Below, piece by piece: positions 63,661 through 64,000 of a stretch of 64,000 nt of DNA. This stretch comes from Ostrea edulis. Taxonomy: Eukaryota. The notes beneath the pieces are model-generated. The model was given only the letters and a program-made list of their open reading frames with translations. It made no database searches and had not been told where the DNA came from. The position numbers and the translations under genes are program-made. The stretch is taken from assembly GCF_947568905.1 (NCBI RefSeq), contig NC_079169.1:60264001-60328000 (forward strand). Direction: 5' to 3'. How positions within the stretch are numbered: position 1 is the first letter of the stretch; each line of letters opens with the position of its first letter.

Positions 63661-64000
63661 AACCAATCGTATCGTTCTTGTCTGTTTCAATGTCGTTATC
63701 CGTATTTTCCACTAAATGTTCGTCATCTTTAATCTGTGTTACGAAACAGGTCGTAAGACGATGCAAACGTGAAACCACACTAATCAAAAGGGAGAAAAGG
63801 TTTCATTCTTACTTTGCATGGTTGAGTCTTCGCTGATGTCAGTAGGATGACATTTTTTCTATGAACTGGGTTTTCATTGAAAATATCAACATGTAATATC
63901 CGGGTTTTGGGCGTGGCTTGCTGCAATTTGACATTCAAGGTGACAAACATTTTGTGGAAGATTCGGATAACGACATTGAAACAGACGACGAGGACGATAC

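Overview
AT-rich eukaryotic genomic DNA with GT-AG introns. The repeat families point to a bivalve mollusc, probably an oyster (inference). The left half (1-28 kb) is gene-rich. It holds a 13-exon partial ACSS3 (minus strand, running off the left edge), a complete 4-exon ISOC2-like gene (minus) and a complete H6PD (plus, head-to-head with ISOC2). It also holds Helentron/pearl-type non-autonomous elements, a 1.3-kb mariner with perfect 33-bp TIRs, MITEs, a CR1 fragment and a tandem tRNA-bearing TRIM (three LTRs with PBS and PPT). The right half (29-64 kb) is transposon-dense: a decayed Gmr1-type (INT-before-RT) gypsy element, about 18 fragments of Naiad-type Penelope-like elements, tRNA-derived SINEs, VNTRs and a ~351-bp hammerhead-ribozyme (retrozyme-like) unit. 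Hidden among these repeats, and missed by the ORF track, is a spliced minus-strand gene for an 84-aa secreted prepropeptide. It has a signal peptide, an RR site and a 49-aa four-cysteine peptide whose spacing resembles the CHH/ITP (and eclosion hormone) neurohormone core. All exon calls were made by hand from splice signals and reading-frame continuity; family assignments come from recalled motifs, not database searches.
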